58,403 bases of DNA from a bacterium. GTDB taxonomy: Bacteria; Zhuqueibacterota; QNDG01; DTFT01. The notes beneath the pieces were generated by a model. That model saw only the letters and a program-made list of their open reading frames with translations, ran no database searches and was not told the DNA's origin. Location of the stretch: NCBI GenBank assembly GCA_016933415.1, contig JAFGAX010000140.1, positions 1-58,403 on the forward strand, written 5' to 3'. The number at the start of each line of letters is the position of its first letter. The stretch's first letter is position 1. Both the position numbers and the translations under genes were made by a program. Of this stretch, positions 55,356 to 58,403 are shown one piece after another.

Positions 55356-56456
55356 TTAAAAATTTTCATGAATCAGTCGGACGATGGTTTCCGACGCCCG
55401 TCCGTCTCCGAAAGAAAAGGCCGCTTCCGCCGGCACAGCGGAATTATCCAGGGCCTGCAGAATCGCATCCGGATCCGTGCCCGCGAGGCGGTTCCATCCG
55501 TCCCGCACCGTCTCCACCCATTCCGTTTCGTTCCGCAGTGTGACGCACGGCACCCGGTAAAAATAGGCCTCCTTCTGGACGCCTCCGGAATCCGTGAGAA
55601 TCGCCGATGCGTTCCGTTCCAGACGGATCATGTCGAGATAGCCGACGGGATCGATCAGCCGGATCGAGGAAGCCGCGGACAGATCCTCTGCCAGTCCCCA
55701 GCCCTCGAGCATTTTGCGGGTTCTGGGATGCAGGGGAAAAACCACGGTCCGGCCGCTGCGCCGGAGGGCCTGCACGATGCCGCCGAGACGGCTTCGGTCG
55801 TCCGTGTTCTCCGCCCGGTGAACCGTGCACAGCACATAGCCGTCCTTCCGGAGCGAAAGTGTTTCCAGTACGCGGGACCGCGTTTCTGCGAGACCGGCGA
55901 ATCGCAGGGCGGCGTCGAACATGACGTCTCCGGTCAGGTGAACGCCCCGATCCACGCCCTCGCGTCTCAGATTCTCCACCGCGGTCTGTGTGGGGCAGAG
56001 GAGCCAATCGGCGCAGTGATCCGCCACGACCCGGTTGATTTCCTCCGGCATGGCGCGGTTGAAGCTCCGGAGGCCGGCTTCCACATGCGCGAGCGGGATG
56101 AGGAGTTTGGCCGCGGCCATGGCTCCGGCCAGCGTGGAATTGGTGTCCCCGTAGACCAGCACCGCATCGGGTTTCTCATCCAGCAGAATCTTCTCGATAC
56201 GCTCGAGCATCAGCCCGGTCTGCAGGCCGTGGGAACCGGAGCCGACGCCGAGATGATGGTCCGGCCGGGGGATTTCCAGCTCGTCAAAAAAAGTCCGGGA
56301 CATGTTGTCGTCATAATGCTGTCCCGTATGAATCAGAATTTCATCCGCCCCGGCGCGCAGGACGCGGCTGAGCGGGGCCGCCTTGATGAACTGCGGCCGC
56401 GCGCCGACGATGGACACCACTTTGATTCTTTTTCCGCCGCAACGCGCAGAAGTCAT
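55356..56456 (-). CDS. wecB: UDP-N-acetylglucosamine 2-epimerase (non-hydrolysing; WecB/WbpI family)
   Basis: SIVGARPQFIKAAP, IHTGQHYD, VYGDTNST, HVEAGLRS, PEEINR, TVHRAEN, TDSGGVQKEA, RNETEW. Confidence 0.93.
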   Translation of the reverse strand: MTSARCGGKRIKVVSIVGARPQFIKAAPLSRVLRAGADEILIHTGQHYDDNMSRTFFDELEIPRPDHHLGVGSGSHGLQTGLMLERIEKILLDEKPDAVLVYGDTNSTLAGAMAAAKLLIPLAHVEAGLRSFNRAMPEEINRVVADHCADWLLCPTQTAVENLRREGVDRGVHLTGDVMFDAALRFAGLAETRSRVLETLSLRKDGYVLCTVHRAENTDDRSRLGGIVQALRRSGRTVVFPLHPRTRKMLEGWGLAEDLSAASSIRLIDPVGYLDMIRLERNASAILTDSGGVQKEAYFYRVPCVTLRNETEWVETVRDGWNRLAGTDPDAILQALDNSAVPAEAAFSFGDGRASETIVRLIHENF

Positions 56457-56609
56457 CTCGTCTGATCTCCGGATCGTCCGGTCGGACCGTTCTCTATATA
56501 TAATGAGGGAGGTTCATGCCGACCGCATCGACCGGTCAATATAAAAAAAAATTCCGGTATTTCAATGAGAAATATCAGGATAATCCGTAACGGGCCGGCC
56601 TGATAACAC

Positions 56610-56638
56610 TTGACATTCATGGGCAAACGTCCTAAATT
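56610..56638 (+). promoter_or_regulatory. Near-consensus sigma70 promoter about 530 nt upstream of ychF
   Basis: TTGACA-17 nt-TAAATT. Confidence 0.6.
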
Positions 56639-56651
56639 GAGCAACTCATGG

Positions 56652-57107
56652 CCCGCTACGCAGGATCCAGCAATTCTATTTTTTTCATGAATGTCCGGTA
56701 AAAGCTTTTTAATTACGGAGCATAACGTTTTTAATTTTCGTATTTCTCTCAGCATTAAACTCTGTCGACTTGAAAATCGAATAGCGGTTTGTCATTTTTT
56801 ATGGCAACCCCCTGGACACGTCCCGCTACGCGGGACCTATCGACAGATCCTGCGGGATTGAAGGCTAAACGCGTCCGTCCCCATTGTCAGGGGGACGGTT
56901 ATCCACTCGGCCCCCCTGACAAGCCTTCAATCACGATCCATCGGGTTGATCGGCCCCGTGTAGCGGGAGCGGCGACGGGAGATTGCTTAAAGGGTTAACC
57001 GGGCAATTATGATATTTTTGAATCATTGAAGACCCCGCTTTGCTGGTCCGATTTATTGTATTTTCAGAGTATTGAAGGCCCCGCAGTGCGGGATCCCGCA
57101 TCGCGGA
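56652..57107. repeat. Mosaic of REP-like CCCGC-N3-GCGGG units, including an inverted pair forming a ~183-nt hairpin (56804-56986)
   Basis: Hairpin cores at 56652 (CCCGCTACGCAGG), 56822 (CCCGCTACGCGGG), ~56956 (minus), ~57034, ~57080 and 57095; ATTGAAG at ~56857, 57025 and 57071. Confidence 0.75.
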
Positions 57108-57169
57108 ACCGGGCAATGCGCCCGCTGACAGATTTAGAAAAACAAAGCCGTCACCCGAAGGGTCCCTGC

Positions 57170-58258
57170 ATGGGCTTCAAATGCGGCCTGGTCGGCCTTC
57201 CGAACGCCGGTAAATCGACCGTTTTCAACGCCCTGACCCGCCTCGGAGTCGAAGCCTCCGCCTACCCGTTCTGCACCATCAATCCTCATTTCGGAATCGT
57301 TCCGCTGGAGGACGGCCGCCTGGACATCATCCGCGAGGCGGCCGGATCCGCGAAGATCACTCCGACCGTGCTGGAATTCGTGGATATCGCGGGCCTTGTC
57401 AAAGGCGCCAGCAAAGGCGAAGGCCTGGGCAACCAGTTTCTCTCCCATATCCAGGCTGTGGATGCGATCGCCCACGTGGTGCGGTGTTTCGACGACGCCA
57501 ATGTGTCCCACCCGTACGGATCGCCGGATCCGGAACGGGACGCGGAAATCGTTGAAACCGAACTGGCGCTCAAGGACCTGGACGTGCTCGAGCGCCATTC
57601 GGCCAAAGTGCGGACCGCGGCGAGAAGCGGAAATGCCGATTTGGCGCGCAGACTCGAGGCCTGCGAATCGCTGATGAAACGGATCAACCGGCGTCCCCCG
57701 GGCCTCGACGGTCTGGGAGACGCGGAACAGGAGGCGGTTCGCGAGCTGAACCTGCTTTCCTTCAAACCGGTCATCTTCCTGGCCAACACCGGAGAAGCCG
57801 GATCCGCCGGTTCGGCCTGGAAGGACCGCCTGGAAGCATTTGCGGCCTCGCGTCAAAGCCTTTGTCTCCCTTTTTCCGCGAAAATACAGGCGGAAATCGC
57901 TGAATTGCCGGAAGCCGAGCAGGCCGGATTTCTGAAAACCATGGGCATCCGGGAAAACGGCGTGCAGATGCTGATTCAAGCCGGAAACGCGGTGCTCCGG
58001 CTGATCACCTTCTTCACGGCCAATGCGAATGAAGCGCGCGCCTGGACCGTGCCCGCGGGCACACCGGCCGCCGAAGCGGCGGGACGGGTTCACACGGATT
58101 TCGATCGTCATTTCATCCGTGTGGAGGTGATCCCCTTCTCCGTTCTCGAGACACACCGGACCCTCAAGTCGCTCCACGATCTGGGATTGGTGCAGGTGCA
58201 CGGCCGGGATTACGCCGTCCGGGACGGAGACTGGGTCACGTTCCGGATACGGAAATGA
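57170..58258 (+). CDS. ychF: Redox-regulated Obg-like ATPase YchF
   Basis: GLVGLPNAGKST, YPFCTINP, FVDIAGLVKGASKGEGLGNQFLSHI, LITFFT, RAWTV, VHTDF, DYAVRDGD. Confidence 0.95.
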   Translation: MGFKCGLVGLPNAGKSTVFNALTRLGVEASAYPFCTINPHFGIVPLEDGRLDIIREAAGSAKITPTVLEFVDIAGLVKGASKGEGLGNQFLSHIQAVDAIAHVVRCFDDANVSHPYGSPDPERDAEIVETELALKDLDVLERHSAKVRTAARSGNADLARRLEACESLMKRINRRPPGLDGLGDAEQEAVRELNLLSFKPVIFLANTGEAGSAGSAWKDRLEAFAASRQSLCLPFSAKIQAEIAELPEAEQAGFLKTMGIRENGVQMLIQAGNAVLRLITFFTANANEARAWTVPAGTPAAEAAGRVHTDFDRHFIRVEVIPFSVLETHRTLKSLHDLGLVQVHGRDYAVRDGDWVTFRIRK

Positions 58259-58275
58259 TTGGAGAATCCCGCGGC

Positions 58276-58310
58276 CCCGTCCCGTCCTGTCCCGTCCCGT
58301 CCCGTCCCGC
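58276..58310. repeat. Pentanucleotide microsatellite (CCCGT)x7, imperfect
   Basis: CCCGT CCCGT CCTGT CCCGT CCCGT CCCGT CCCGC, flanked by the inverted repeat ATCCCGCG (58266) / CGCGGGAT (58313). Confidence 0.9.
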
Positions 58311-58403
58311 TTCGCGGGATCAATCAACAGATGCGGATTATTGAAGACTTCGCGGGATCAATCAACAGATGCGGATTATTGAAGACTTCGCGGGATCAAT
58401 CAA
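58310..58403. repeat. Perfect 38-bp tandem repeat running off the window end
   Basis: CTTCGCGGGATCAATCAACAGATGCGGATTATTGAAGA at 58310 and 58348, partial copy at 58386; no spacers. Confidence 0.92.

Noticed and set aside
56453-56755. 100-aa minus-strand ORF in the wecB-ychF intergenic region
   Set aside because: No family motif or convincing RBS; it overlaps promoter and repeat sequence.
56899-56907. TTATCCACT as a DnaA box / replication origin
   Set aside because: It is a single imperfect box inside a hairpin loop, with no box cluster and no dnaA/dnaN context.
56804-56986. 6S RNA (ssrS) as a firm feature call
   Set aside because: Length and rod shape fit, but the arms match a dispersed repeat family and I cannot recognise 6S-specific sequence. 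It is kept only as an alternative hypothesis pending an Rfam search.
57026-57169. Upstream ORF extensions of ychF (likewise for trpR, the SBP, the TPR gene, leuD, the barrels and the giants)
   Set aside because: The extensions run through repeats, promoters or neighbouring genes; downstream starts have RBSs and match family N-termini.
58310-58403. 38-bp repeats with ATTGAAG as a CRISPR array
   Set aside because: The copies are directly adjacent with no unique spacers, and there are no cas genes in the window.

Overview
A 58.4 kb, high-GC (roughly 60-65%), gene-dense bacterial window with about 40 supportable CDSs. Four secreted proteins with a PNPFN...WDG C-terminal sorting (FlgD-Ig/T9SS-A-like) domain, a sigma54-lptE-TPR block and a DGGGP-synthase-like UbiA suggest an FCB-superphylum organism, perhaps KSB1/Calditrichota-like (inference only). 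From left to right it holds trpR-trpB2, a secreted CTD protein with a low-GC variable domain, an antiporter, cimA, several secreted enzymes (transglutaminase, SGNH esterase, GH3), a LacI-UxuB-like SDR-gnd-LarA-family sugar-acid operon, envelope and housekeeping genes, a 20 kb operon, arsR, wecB and ychF. The strongest candidate for an undescribed system is the 20 kb minus-strand operon (34355-54691). It has one soluble CsgG/TolB-N-like TPR protein followed by two tandem copies of a three-gene module: a TPR + CsgG-like lipoprotein, a giant LVIVD/(Ig+LamG)n/CTD protein and a beta-barrel. Two intergenic repeat families are also unexplained: inverted heptamer arrays starting just after stop codons, and a REP/REPIN-like family built on CCCGC-N3-GCGGG hairpins with an ATTGAAG motif. 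I found no rRNA, tRNA, CRISPR array, transposase or integrase. All family calls come from motif recognition by eye, not database searches.
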